This document shows positions 1 through 9,200 of a stretch of 64,000 bases of DNA, one piece after another (the first letter of the stretch is position 1; each line of letters starts with the position of its first letter). The DNA lies in contig JANJGN010000006.1 in the NCBI GenBank assembly GCA_026770705.1, positions 10,416,001 to 10,480,000 on the forward strand, given 5' to 3'. The DNA comes from Isurus oxyrinchus (taxonomy: Eukaryota). A program made the translations under genes and the position numbers. The notes under the pieces were generated by a model, which did not search any database, was not told the origin of the DNA, and was given only the letters and a program-made list of their open reading frames with translations.

Positions 1-375
1 ATCCATTGTTTTATCTCTACCTTTTTGCCTATTTTGATCCCTTCCCCCTACCCCACCCCCACTAGGGCTATCTGTACCTTGCTTGTCCTGCTTTCTACCC
101 TTAATGTCACCTATTGGCACATTTCTTAGCTAATATCACCACCGTCAACACCTCTTTGTCCTTTTGTCTATGACATCTTTTGGCAATCTCCACTTATCAC
201 TGGCCCTCTATCCAGCTCTACCTGTCCCAACCCTCCTTAAACGAGCTTATATTTCACCTTTTTTCTATTTTTCCTTAGTTCTGATGAAGAGTCATATGGA
301 CTCAAAATATTAACTGTGTTCCTCTCTGCAGATGCTGTCAGACCTGAGGAGTTTTTCCAGGTATTTTTATTTTGG
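1..375 (+). mobile_element. Terminal fragment of a Penelope-like element (degenerate)
   Basis: Pyrimidine-rich tract, then CTGATGAAGAGTC...GACTC-AAAA-TATTAACT and CAGATGCTGTCAGACCTG..GAGTTTTTCCAG. This resembles the hammerhead-bearing termini of Penelope-like repeats I recall from fish/shark genomes; family assigned by recognition, not by search. Confidence 0.55.
277..315 (+). ncRNA. Degenerate minimal type I hammerhead ribozyme
   Basis: AGTT(277-280)-CTGATGA(281-287)-A-stem II GAGTC/ATATG/GACTC(289-303)-AAAA in place of GAAA-TATT-AACT(312-315, pairs with AGTT). Core GAAACG reads AAAATA, consistent with decay of two CpGs. Confidence 0.55.

Positions 376-378
<3 letters not shown>

Positions 379-406
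<28 letters not shown>
379..406. repeat. (AT)14 microsatellite
   Basis: Seen directly. Confidence 0.95.
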
Positions 407-410
<4 letters not shown>

Positions 411-542
411 GACCAGAACTGCAGCTCTGATGTTACATGTTCCAATCCTTTGTGCACCTTGTTCCTCTAATATGAAATCTGACTTTTGGCGATTACTCTT
501 CCTCCTCCAAAGCTCTTTGCACTCACTCCATGACCACCTGAC

Positions 543-2926
543 TTTTTTTTTTGAAAAATATACTTTATTCATAAAATATCTGGAAGAACATTCCAAACCA
601 TTTCAAAATCACCATCACATAAGTACAATCAGATTCAACTTTTACACATGGATCACAAGGTGCATCAATACATTCAGTGAATATTACAATAATTTCCATC
701 TGGTCAATGCAGACAATCAGACAATGGTATTGGAGTTATCAACATGCATCATGTTGCACTCTGAGGTGCTTCAATACAATTATACTACAATTAGTATTCA
801 ATGCATACGTTCATTTTGAGCTGTACAGCCCGAGGGGTTCTCAACAGTTCCCAGTCCCTCGGTGCACTGTGGCAGAAAGGTCTTAGGCAGCGACCCTTCT
901 CCATTGTGCCTTTGTGGCAGCTGCCCCAAGCTTTAGTGCGTCCCTCAGCACGTAGTCCTGGACTTTGGAATGTGCCAGTCTGCAACACCCGGTCGGGGAC
1001 AAACCTTTGCGCTGGAAGACCAAGAAGTTTCGGGTAGACCAAAGACCGTCTTTCATCGAGTTGATGATCCTTTAGCTGCAGTTGATGTTTGTCTCGGTGT
1101 GTGTCCCTGGGAACAGCCCGTAGAGCACAGAGTCCTGTGTCACAGAACTGCTCGGGATGAACCTCTACAGAAACCACTGCATCTCTGTCCAGACCATCTT
1201 TGCAAAGGCACAATCCACAAGGAGGTGAACAACAGTCTCGTCCCCACCACAGCCACCTCGAGGGCAACGTGCAGAGGGGGTGAGATTCCTGGCGTGTAGG
1301 AAGGATCTGACGGGGAGGGCCTTTCTCACCACCAGCCAAGCTACGTCTTGGTGCTTGTTGGAAAGTCCTGGCGATGAGACATTCTGCCAAATGACTTTGA
1401 CAGTCTGCTCGGGGAACCATCCCACAGGATCCACCCTTTCCTTTTCCCGCAGGGCCTCTAAGACATTACGTGCTGACCACTGCCTCATGGACTTGTGGTC
1501 AAAGCTGTTTCTCTGCATAAATTTTTCCATGGGGGACAGGTGGTACAGCACGGTCCAACTACTTGGAGCGTTCCACGGCAGCGTGGCCAGACCCATCCTT
1601 CGCAACACCGGGACAGGTAGAACCTCAGCACGTAGTGACACTTGGTGATTGTGTACCGAGGGTCTATGCACAGCTTGATGCAGCTGCACACAAAAGTGGC
1701 CATCAGTATGAGGGCGATGAGGCATGTACATTGTGTCCCTGCGGACAGGATCCATTTTCGACCTCCAGATAAAGCGAAAGGTGGCTTGGGTGATCACCAT
1801 CGCGCAGGAGTCTGGAATGGGCCAGACCTGCGCCACATACAGCAACAGCAAGAGTGCCTCACTCCTGATGACCAGGTTCTTACCTGCAATGGAGAGGGAG
1901 CATCGCTCCCACATGCCCAGTTTTCTTTGCACCACAGACACTCGCTCCTTCCAATTTCGAACACATGCCCTGGTCCCTCCGAACCATATCTCTAGCGCCT
2001 TCAGGCTGTCAGCCCTGACAGTGAAGGGAACAAAGGATCGGTCAGCCCAGTTCCCAAAGAACATGGCCTCTCTCTTCCCATGATTTACCTTGGCTCCTGA
2101 GGCCAGTTCGAACTGGTCGCAGATGTGGATCAGTCTGCGCACCGACAGCGGATCCGGGCAGAAGGCGGCGACATCGTCCATGTACAGGGAGGCTTTGACC
2201 TGAGTGCCTCCATTGCCTGGGATCATCACTCCTCTTATGCCCGGATCCTTCCTGATGGACTCAGCAACACACAAACAGGGCAGGGGAGAGAGAGCAGCTC
2301 TGATTCCAGATTTAATAGGAAAGCTATCTGATTCCCACCCATTGATTGAGACTGTGCTATTGATGTTAGTGTAGAGCAGTTGGATCCAATTGCGAATTCC
2401 CTCCCCAAACCCCATAATGGAGAGCACATCCACCATGTATGTGTGCGATATTCTGTCAAAGGCCTTCTCCTGATCCAGGCTGATGAGGCAGGTGTCCACA
2501 CTCCTGTCCTGCACATAGGCAATTGTATCCCTGAGCAGAGCGAAGCTGTCAGAGATCTTCTTGCCGGACACAGCGCAGGTCTGGTCAGGGTAGATCACCA
2601 ATTCCAGAGCGGACTTGACCCGATTGGCGATGACCTTGGACAGAATCTTATAATCCACATTCAACAGTGAACTGGGTCGCCAATTTCTAATTTCCTCCCT
2701 TTCCCCCTTGTGCTTGTAGATGAGGGTGATGATGCCTTTCCTCATGGATTCTGACATGCTGCCGGCCAGAAGCATACTCTTATATACTTCTAGCAGATCT
2801 CAGCCAATCCAGTCCCACAGAGCCGAATAGAACTCCAACGGCAAGCTGTCGCTTCCGGGAGTTTTACTCTTCTCGAAGGACTCAAGGGCCTTAGTCAGTT
2901 CGTCAGGAGTTAGCAGTTTATCCAGG
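543..2926 (-). mobile_element. Tx1/L1-clade non-LTR retrotransposon, copy 1 (5'-truncated, degenerate)
   Basis: Minus-strand ORF2 remnant, ~330-bp 3' UTR, AATAAA (564-569 on the minus strand) and poly(A) tail (T run 543-552). Confidence 0.9.
883..2925 (-). pseudogene. ORF2 reverse transcriptase / C-terminal CCHC remnant of the Tx1-like LINE (frameshifted)
   Basis: KTPGSD, NWRPSSLLNVDYKILSKVIANR, SLDQEKAFDRISH, YMDD and CPRGGCGGDETVVHLLVDC zinc knuckle. The QGxPLSP motif is disrupted, there is a frame change after DTMY and an in-frame stop near 2800. The 536-aa ORF 1165-2775 is partly out of the true frame. Stop codon at 883-885. Confidence 0.9.
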
Positions 2927-2940
2927 GGCGACTGCCTGAC

Positions 2941-4064
2941 TTTTTTTTTGAAAAATATACCTTATTCATAAAATATCTGGAAGAACATTCCAAATCATTT
3001 CAAAATCACAATCACAAAAGTACAATCAGATTCAACTTTTACACATGGATCACAAGGTGCATCAATACAATCAGTGAATATTACAATAATTTCCATCTGG
3101 TCAATGCAGACAATCAGACAATGGTTATCAACATACATCATGTTGCACTCTGAGGTGCTTCAATACAATTATACTACAATTAGTATTCAATGCAGACATT
3201 CATTTTGAGCTGTACAGCCTGAGGGGCTCTCAGCAGTTCCCAGCCCCTCGGTGCCCTATGGCAGAATGATCTTAGACAGCGACCTTTCCCCACTGAGCCT
3301 TTGCAGCGGCTGCCCCAAGCTTTAGTGCGTCCCTCAGCACATAGTCCTGGACCTTGGAATGTGCCAGTCTGCAACACTCAGTCGGGGACAACTCTTTGCG
3401 CTGGAAGACCAAAACGTTTCGGACAACTAAATAGCGTCTTTCACCGAGTTGATGATCCTCCAGCTGCAGTTGATGTTTGTCTCGGAGTGTGTCCCTGGGA
3501 TCAGCCCGTAGAGCACAAAGTCCTGTGTCACAGAACTGCTCGGGATGAACCTCGACAGAAACCACTGCATCTCTGTCCAGACCATCTTTGCAAAGGCACA
3601 ATCCACAAGGAGGTGAACAACAGTCTCGTCCCCCACCACAGCCACCTTGAGGGCAACGTGCAGAGGGGGTGAGATTCCTGGCATGTAGGAAGGATCTGAC
3701 GGGGAGGGCCATTCTCACCACCAGCCAAGCTATGTCTTGGCACTTGTTGGAAAGTCCTGGCAATGAGGCGTCCTGCCAAATGACTTTGTCAGTCTGCTCG
3801 GGGAACCATCCCACAGGATCCACCCTCTCCTTTTCCCGCAGGGCCTCTTAAGACGTTACGTGCCGACCTCTGCCTGATGGACCTGTGGTCAAAGGTGTTT
3901 CTCTGCATAAATTTTTCCACCGGGGAAAGGTGTTCCAACTACTTGGAGCATTCCGCGGCAGCGTGGCCAGACCCATCCTTCGCAACACCGGGACAGGTAG
4001 AACCTCAGCACGTAGTGACACTTGGTGTTTGCGTACCGAGGGTCTACGCACAGCTTGATGCAGC
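2941..4064 (-). mobile_element. Tx1/L1-clade non-LTR retrotransposon, copy 2 (heavily 5'-truncated)
   Basis: Clearly homologous to 543-1684 (same 3' UTR, poly(A) at 2941-2949, ORF2 C-terminus with CCHC knuckle, stop 3272-3274), with its own frameshifts. Flanked by GCCTGAC at 2934-2940 and 4063-4069. Confidence 0.9.
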
Positions 4065-4468
4065 CTGACGGCCTGACCAAAGCCATTGCAGCCTCTCCTT
4101 GCAGTGATCACCCTGCGCCCCGACATTGGCGCAGGGGCTGCACGTAAGCATCTTTCAGTCATTCCATTACTTTTGCCCCACAAGTGTCCGCGGCCACCAA
4201 CCTGAAACGTAACTTTTTTAAGTCGGTGCAAGTTTCTCACGCGTGTGTCGAAAGTTTCCATTGAAAAATCACCATTTGCAGTGGAGGACGTTCCAACCGT
4301 CCCGGCACCTGGCAGGCGCAAGCGCCCAGGGTGCAGGTGTGACAGGCTTGAAGAGCGCCTGCGCCCTGCTCCTGCCCGGTTGACCAATCAGAGGCGGAGC
4401 AGGAGGAATGATGACTATTTCCTCTGCTGTACAGACATCAAGCCGGGAGAGCACCCAGCTCAACTGCA

Positions 4469-4554
4469 CCTTCAATAGCTCAGCTGTTAGAGCGGAAAGC
4501 TATAGCTGTTCTGTGGCCATCCTTAGGTCGCTGGTTCAATTCTGGCCTAAAGCA
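4469..4554 (+). pseudogene. tRNA-Tyr pseudogene (unit 0)
   Basis: Aligns to tRNA-Tyr with 13-nt intron, but anticodon reads ATA, D-loop GG is lost, and anticodon and acceptor stems are disrupted. Confidence 0.85.
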
Positions 4555-4912
4555 TATCCTTTATTCTTGGCCTCCATCCCCCACTGCTTTATATCCCTAC
4601 TACCCATATCCCCTCCAACAGGGGCACCTGTAATCTCGACGGTTGTTAAATGGGTATCGAAGGGCCGGACAAATGCTGGTGCTTCCCTACTGCCGGGAAA
4701 TGATCAGGTTAGGGCCGGGGTGAAGGACTCATGCATGCGGGACTCGGAGACCTCCTGCCGTGGCAAAGTGGCCGCACCGCGTAGAACGACGGTTTAAACG
4801 GAGCCTGAGGCAGTGCCCCCCAACCCCCACCCCCCCGCCCAATGTTAACTCTGAGGTAGTGTCTGCAGCGGATGATCATTCTTCAGTCGTTTTCCTGCCT
4901 TAACCTCTATCT

Positions 4913-4985
4913 GGGGGATTAGCTCAAATGGTAGAGTGCTCGCTTAGCATGTGAGAGGTAGTGGGATTGATGCCTGCATCTGTCA
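4913..4985 (+). pseudogene. tRNA-Ala(AGC) pseudogene (unit 0)
   Basis: Acceptor 3' strand ATCTGTCA instead of ATCCTCCA (G3:U70 lost); T-arm has several C>T changes. Confidence 0.85.
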
Positions 4986-5198
4986 GTTGTACTTACTTAC
5001 TCAAACGGCATCGATTTTCTTCTTAAAAATGTTGACAATTTAAATTACTTTCATTTGGAAAGTACAGGCTAATATGCTCTTAATTTTGGTACATAAATGG
5101 TGCAGGAAAAGTGATGGCACAGGCAAGAAGGGTTGGCAATGCTTCTGGAATGGGGCATTATATTTCTCAATTTCTTGCTACTTCCAACCGTCTCCAAT

Positions 5199-5430
5199 CG
5201 CCCGATGCCATTCGCATATCGCCTAAAGCCCAACACCCATCGCCCAATGCCCAACACCTAACATTCATCGCCCAACACACAACGCTCATCGCCCAACGCA
5301 CATCACTCAACACCCAACGACCATCGCTCAATGCCCAACACCCATCGACTAATACCCAACACCCATCGCCCAATGCCCAACACCCATCGCCCATCGCCCA
5401 ACACCCAAAGCCCAACATCCAATGCCCAAC
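5199..5430. repeat. Degenerate heptamer minisatellite (C/T)(G/A)CCCA(A/T), ~30 copies in unit 0 and ~6 copies in all other units
   Basis: cgcccaa/tgcccaa/cacccat/cacccaa runs; short form at e.g. 7600-7641. Confidence 0.9.
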
Positions 5431-6880
5431 TGTTTACTGATTTCACCTGCTGTCCCTGCAGAGAGACAGGTCCCATTTAGAAGAGACTTGCCAGAGACTG
5501 GCTGGTGGAGAAATAACCAGGTGGTGCGTGTGGGAGGAAATGAGGGGTTCTGAGGGAACGAGAGAAGATGTGGGCAGAGATTCAGGACAAGGTTAGTAGC
5601 GAATGAACAGTGACCAGTGGACAGGGTTTGTTTGGCAGGGGTCTGGTGGGGGGGGGCGTGCTGGCGAACAGTGAACTGGGGATTGTGATGGGAGTGTTAG
5701 TAAATGGTGGTAAGGGATTAGAGCGTCGAAGTTAGTGTAGGGATTGGGATAGGGAGCAACTGGACAGCGGTTGGTGTTCAGTGGGAGGAGGCAGGAAAGA
5801 ATAATGAATAGGAGATTGGGGGTGGAGGGTAATGGGCTGGGTAGGGGTTGGGGCGAGGGGTTGGTAAACACTGGGTAGGGGATAGGGGTGGGGGAGGAGC
5901 ATGTTTAGTGGATGATCACGGTTCTGAGGTGAGGAGGGGAAATTTGGGTACAGGCAGTGGGGCAGAATGCAAGATTTAGTCCGGGAGTCGCAGCTTTCCC
6001 AAAAAGAGGGTCAAAGTCATTTACAGCTTTAAATGACTTCGCTAAGAAGAAAACATTTGGAAACACTTCATAAGCTAAACAAGCAGATAAGACATTCGAC
6101 ATAACAGGGGGAGAAGAGTTTACCGGTCCCAGATCAGACAAACCGATGGGGGAAGCAAACAGGGATATGCTGTTCTTCATAAGCAGGCAGTCTTCTCAGA
6201 GTGGTTCACTGGACCCAGATCTGGCAAACGCATGGAAGAAGAAGCGTGGTGCTGATCTCTGTAGCTGGAGCAATCTCTTCTGCTCTCAGTCTTCTTGAGC
6301 TAGATGTAAGTCCAAAGCCAGCATTGATCCAGTTTAAGAAGAATGGATCCTCCATCCAAAATATTCCCTCTTGAGAGCCCATTTATATACCTTATTTTAA
6401 GGGGCCGGTGAATAGTACGACACAATCACCTTTCAGATGTTCACTTTGCAAGGGAGAGATATTCAAGGTAGACCCCTCCTGTTTCCATTGGAAGCCATGA
6501 AGTAAGTCATCTTGTGGCCTATGGCTTGCTAGGACATGATGTTTAACCTTTACTCAGTTGGTTTAGATATGGATCATGAGATCTCACCTTATCAGGCTTC
6601 AGGAATGTCTTGTGCCAGGGCCTATGTTAGAAGCATGTCCTTGGCAGAATTAAAAGGCAGCCTGAGGAAAAGTGACAGGTGAGTGACTTTTCCCCACACA
6701 GTGCAGGCTTCTGACTGGCGCCCCTATTAGCACGCGCCCAGGGTGCAGGTGTGACAGGCTTGAAGAGCGCCTGTGCCTTGCTCCTGCCTGGTTGACCAAT
6801 CAGAGGCGGAGCAGCAGGAATGATGACTAGTTCCTCTGCCGTACAGACATCAAGCCTGGAGAGCACCCAAACCAACAACA

Positions 6881-6966
6881 CCTTCGATAGCTCAGCTGGT
6901 AGAGCAGCGGACAGAAGTTGTTCTGTGGTCTTTCTTAGGTCACTGGTTCAATTCTGGCTGGAAGGA
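6881..6966 (+). pseudogene. tRNA-Tyr pseudogene (unit 1)
   Basis: Anticodon arm mutated (ACAGAAG vs ACTGTAG; TTTCTT vs ATCCTT); T-stem and acceptor mismatches. Confidence 0.85.
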
Positions 6967-7307
6967 TGTGTGCTTCTTTTTGCCTCCATCCTCCACCGCT
7001 TTTTACACCCTCCCAATAGGGACTGGCAATCAATACAGTCATAAATGGGTATTGGGGGGCAAGACAAATGCTGGTGAGTCCCTACTGCCGGGAAACGATC
7101 AGGTTAGGGCCGGGGTGAAGGACGCGCGGGACTCGGAGACCACCCGCCATAGCGCTGCGGAAAAGCGGCCACCCCGCCCCCTGCGGTGCGCGCGTGCACA
7201 GCGGCGGTTTAACACACCCTGAGGCAGCGCCTCCCAATGTTAACTTTGAGGTAGTGTCTGCAGCGGATGATCATTCTTTAGCCATTTTACGGCATGGATT
7301 TCTATCT

Positions 7308-7380
7308 GGGGGATTAGCTCAAATGGTAGAGCGCTCGCTTAGCATGTGAGAGGTAGCGGGATCAATGCCCGCATCCTCCA
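7308..7380 (+). tRNA. tRNA-Ala-AGC: tRNA-Ala(AGC), unit 1
   Basis: GGGGGATTAGCTCAAATGGTAGAGCGCTCGCTTAGCATGTGAGAGGTAGCGGGATCAATGCCCGCATCCTCCA; cloverleaf, G3:U70, A73. Confidence 0.9.
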
Positions 7381-7385
7381 CTTGT

Positions 7386-7413
7386 TGCTGTTTACTCAAA
7401 CAGCACTGATTTT
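7386..7413 (+). terminator. Putative Pol III terminator of tRNA-Ala: 8-bp hairpin then TTTT (repeated in units 1-27)
   Basis: TGCTGTTT-ACTC-AAACAGCA (7386-7405); first T4 after the gene at 7410-7413. Confidence 0.6.
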
Positions 7414-8025
7414 CATCTTAAAAATCTTGACAAACACAATTTCAATTACTTTCATTTGGAAACTACAGGCTAATATGCTCTTAATTTTGGTGCCCACATG
7501 GCCCAGGAACACAGATGACACAGGCAAGAAGGGTTGGCAATGCATCTGGAATGGGCCACAATATTTCTCAATTTCTTGCTGCAACCAACCGCCCCCCAGC
7601 GCCCAATGCCCAACACACATCGCCCATCACCCAACACCCAACTGTTTACCCATTTCACCTGCTGTCCCTGCAGAGAGACAGCTCTCACTTAGAAGAGACT
7701 GGCTGGTGGAGAAATAACCAGGTGGTGCATGTGGGAGGAAATGAGGGGTTCTGAGCGAACGAGAGAGGATGTGGGCAGAGATTCAGGACAAGCTCAGTAG
7801 TGAATGAACAGTGACCAGTGGACAGGGTTTGTTTGGCAGGGGTCTGGTGGGGGGGGCGTGCTGGTGGACAGTGAACTGGGATTGTGATGGGAGTGTTAGT
7901 GAATGGTGGAAAAGGATTAGAGTGTGGGAGTTAGCGTAGGGATTAGGATGGGGAGGGACTGGACAGCGGTTGGTGTTCAGTGGGTGGAGGCAGGACAGAA
8001 TGTTCAATAGGAGATTGACGGTGGA

Positions 8026-8050
8026 GGGTAGGGGATTGGGGCGAGGGGGG
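8026..8050 (+). other. Canonical G-quadruplex motif inside a ~300-bp G-rich tract (repeated in each unit)
   Basis: GGG-TA-GGGG-ATT-GGGG-CGA-GGGGG(G). Confidence 0.7.
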
Positions 8051-8961
8051 TAGTAAACACTGGGTAGGGGATTAGATTTGGGAGTGGCATGTTTAGTGCA
8101 TGATTAAGGTTCTGAGGTCAGGAGGGGAAATTTGGGTACAGGCAGTGGGGCAGAATGCAAGATTTAGTGCGGGAGTCACAGCTTTCCCAAAAAGAGGGTC
8201 AAAGTCATTTACAGCTTTAAATGACTTCACTAAGAAGCAAACATTTGGAAACACTTCATAAGCTAAACAAGCAGATAAGACATTCGACATAACAGGGGGA
8301 GAAGAGTTTACCGGTCCCGGATCAGACAAACCGGTGGGGGAAGCAAACAGGGAGATGCTGTTCTTCATAAGTAGGCAGTCTTCTTACAGCGGTTCACTGC
8401 ACCCAGATCAGGCAAACGCATGGAAGAAGAAGCGTGGTGCTGATCTCTGTAGCTGGAGCAATCTCTTCTGCTCTCAGTCTTCTTGAGCTAGATGTAAGTC
8501 CAAAGCCAGCATTGATCCAGTTTAAGAAGAATGGATCCTCCATCCAAAATATATTTTCCCCTCTTGAGAGCCCATTTATATACCTGATTTTAAGGGGCCG
8601 GTGAATAGTACGACACAATCACCTTTCAGATGTTCACTTTGCAAGGGAGAGATATTCAAGGTAGACCCCTCCTGTTTCCATTGGAAGCCATGAAGTAAGT
8701 CATCTTGTGGCCTATGGCTTGCTAGGACATGATGTTTAACCTTTACTCAGTTGGTTTAGATATGGATCATGAGATCTCACCTTATCAGGCTTCAGGAATG
8801 TCTTGAGCCAGGGCCTATGTTAGAAGCATGTCCTTGGCAGAAATAAAAGGCAGCCTGAGGAAAAGTGACAGGTGAAAAGTGACTATTCCACACACAGTGC
8901 AGGCTTCTGACTGGCGCCCATATTAGCACGCGCCCAGGGTGCAGGTGTGACAGGCGTGAAG

Positions 8962-9022
8962 AGCGCCTGTGCCCTGCTCCTGCCCGGTTGACCAATCAGA
9001 AGCGAAGCAGCAGGAATGATGA
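8962..9022 (+). promoter_or_regulatory. Putative upstream module of tRNA-Tyr (CCAAT box + GCAGCAGGAATGATGA); in every unit except the two deleted ones
   Basis: TGACCAATCAG at about -85; similar motifs in the same order upstream of tRNA-Ala. Function inferred. Confidence 0.35.
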
Positions 9023-9076
9023 CTATTTCCTCTGCCGTACACACATCAAGCCTGGAGAGCACACAGACCTACAGCA

Positions 9077-9162
9077 CCTTCGATAGCTCAGCTGGTAGAG
9101 CGGAGGACTGTAGTTGTTCCGTGGTCATCCTTAGGTCGCTGGTTCAATTCCGGCTCGAAGGA
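9077..9162 (+). tRNA. tRNA-Tyr-GTA: tRNA-Tyr(GTA) with 13-nt intron, unit 2 (canonical T-stem)
   Basis: CCTTCGATAGCTCAGCTGGTAGAGCGGAGGACTGTAG-ttgttccgtggtc-ATCCTTAGGTCGCTGGTTCAATTCCGGCTCGAAGGA; intron at 37/38. Confidence 0.95.
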
Positions 9163-9173
9163 CGTGTGCTTCC

Positions 9174-9200
9174 TTTTGCCTCGATCCCCCACAGCTTTTT
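9174..9200 (+). terminator. Pol III T-tract terminators of tRNA-Tyr (T4 at 9174-9177, T5 at 9196-9200; similar in units 1-27)
   Basis: T runs 12 and 34 nt after the gene. Confidence 0.7.

Noticed and set aside
1165-2775. 536-aa ORF as a functional reverse transcriptase gene
   Set aside because: No endonuclease domain or ORF1, the QGxPLSP motif is scrambled, and compensating frameshifts put part of it out of the true ORF2 frame; it is a decayed LINE
4111-4136. GC-rich 9-bp hairpin CCCTGCGCC/GGCGCAGGG in the unique flank
   Set aside because: Single copy, no T-tract or other context; could be chance
5111-5440. Repetitive AQHPSP / WALGDGC peptides
   Set aside because: Translation of the heptamer minisatellite
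6881-6966. Anticodon-switched tRNAs (GAA in unit 1, ATA in unit 0) as recoding tRNAs
   Set aside because: Anticodon stems and other conserved positions are also broken, so these are pseudogenes
7247-7255. let-7-like TGAGGTAGT upstream of tRNA-Ala
   Set aside because: Only 9 nt match, with no complementary arm for a pre-miRNA hairpin
7900-8080. Interstitial telomeric repeat
   Set aside because: GGGATTAG-like words only; no tandem TTAGGG
9016-9022. C-box (ATGATGA) of a snoRNA-tRNA dicistron
   Set aside because: No D box (CTGA) or terminal stem between it and the tRNA
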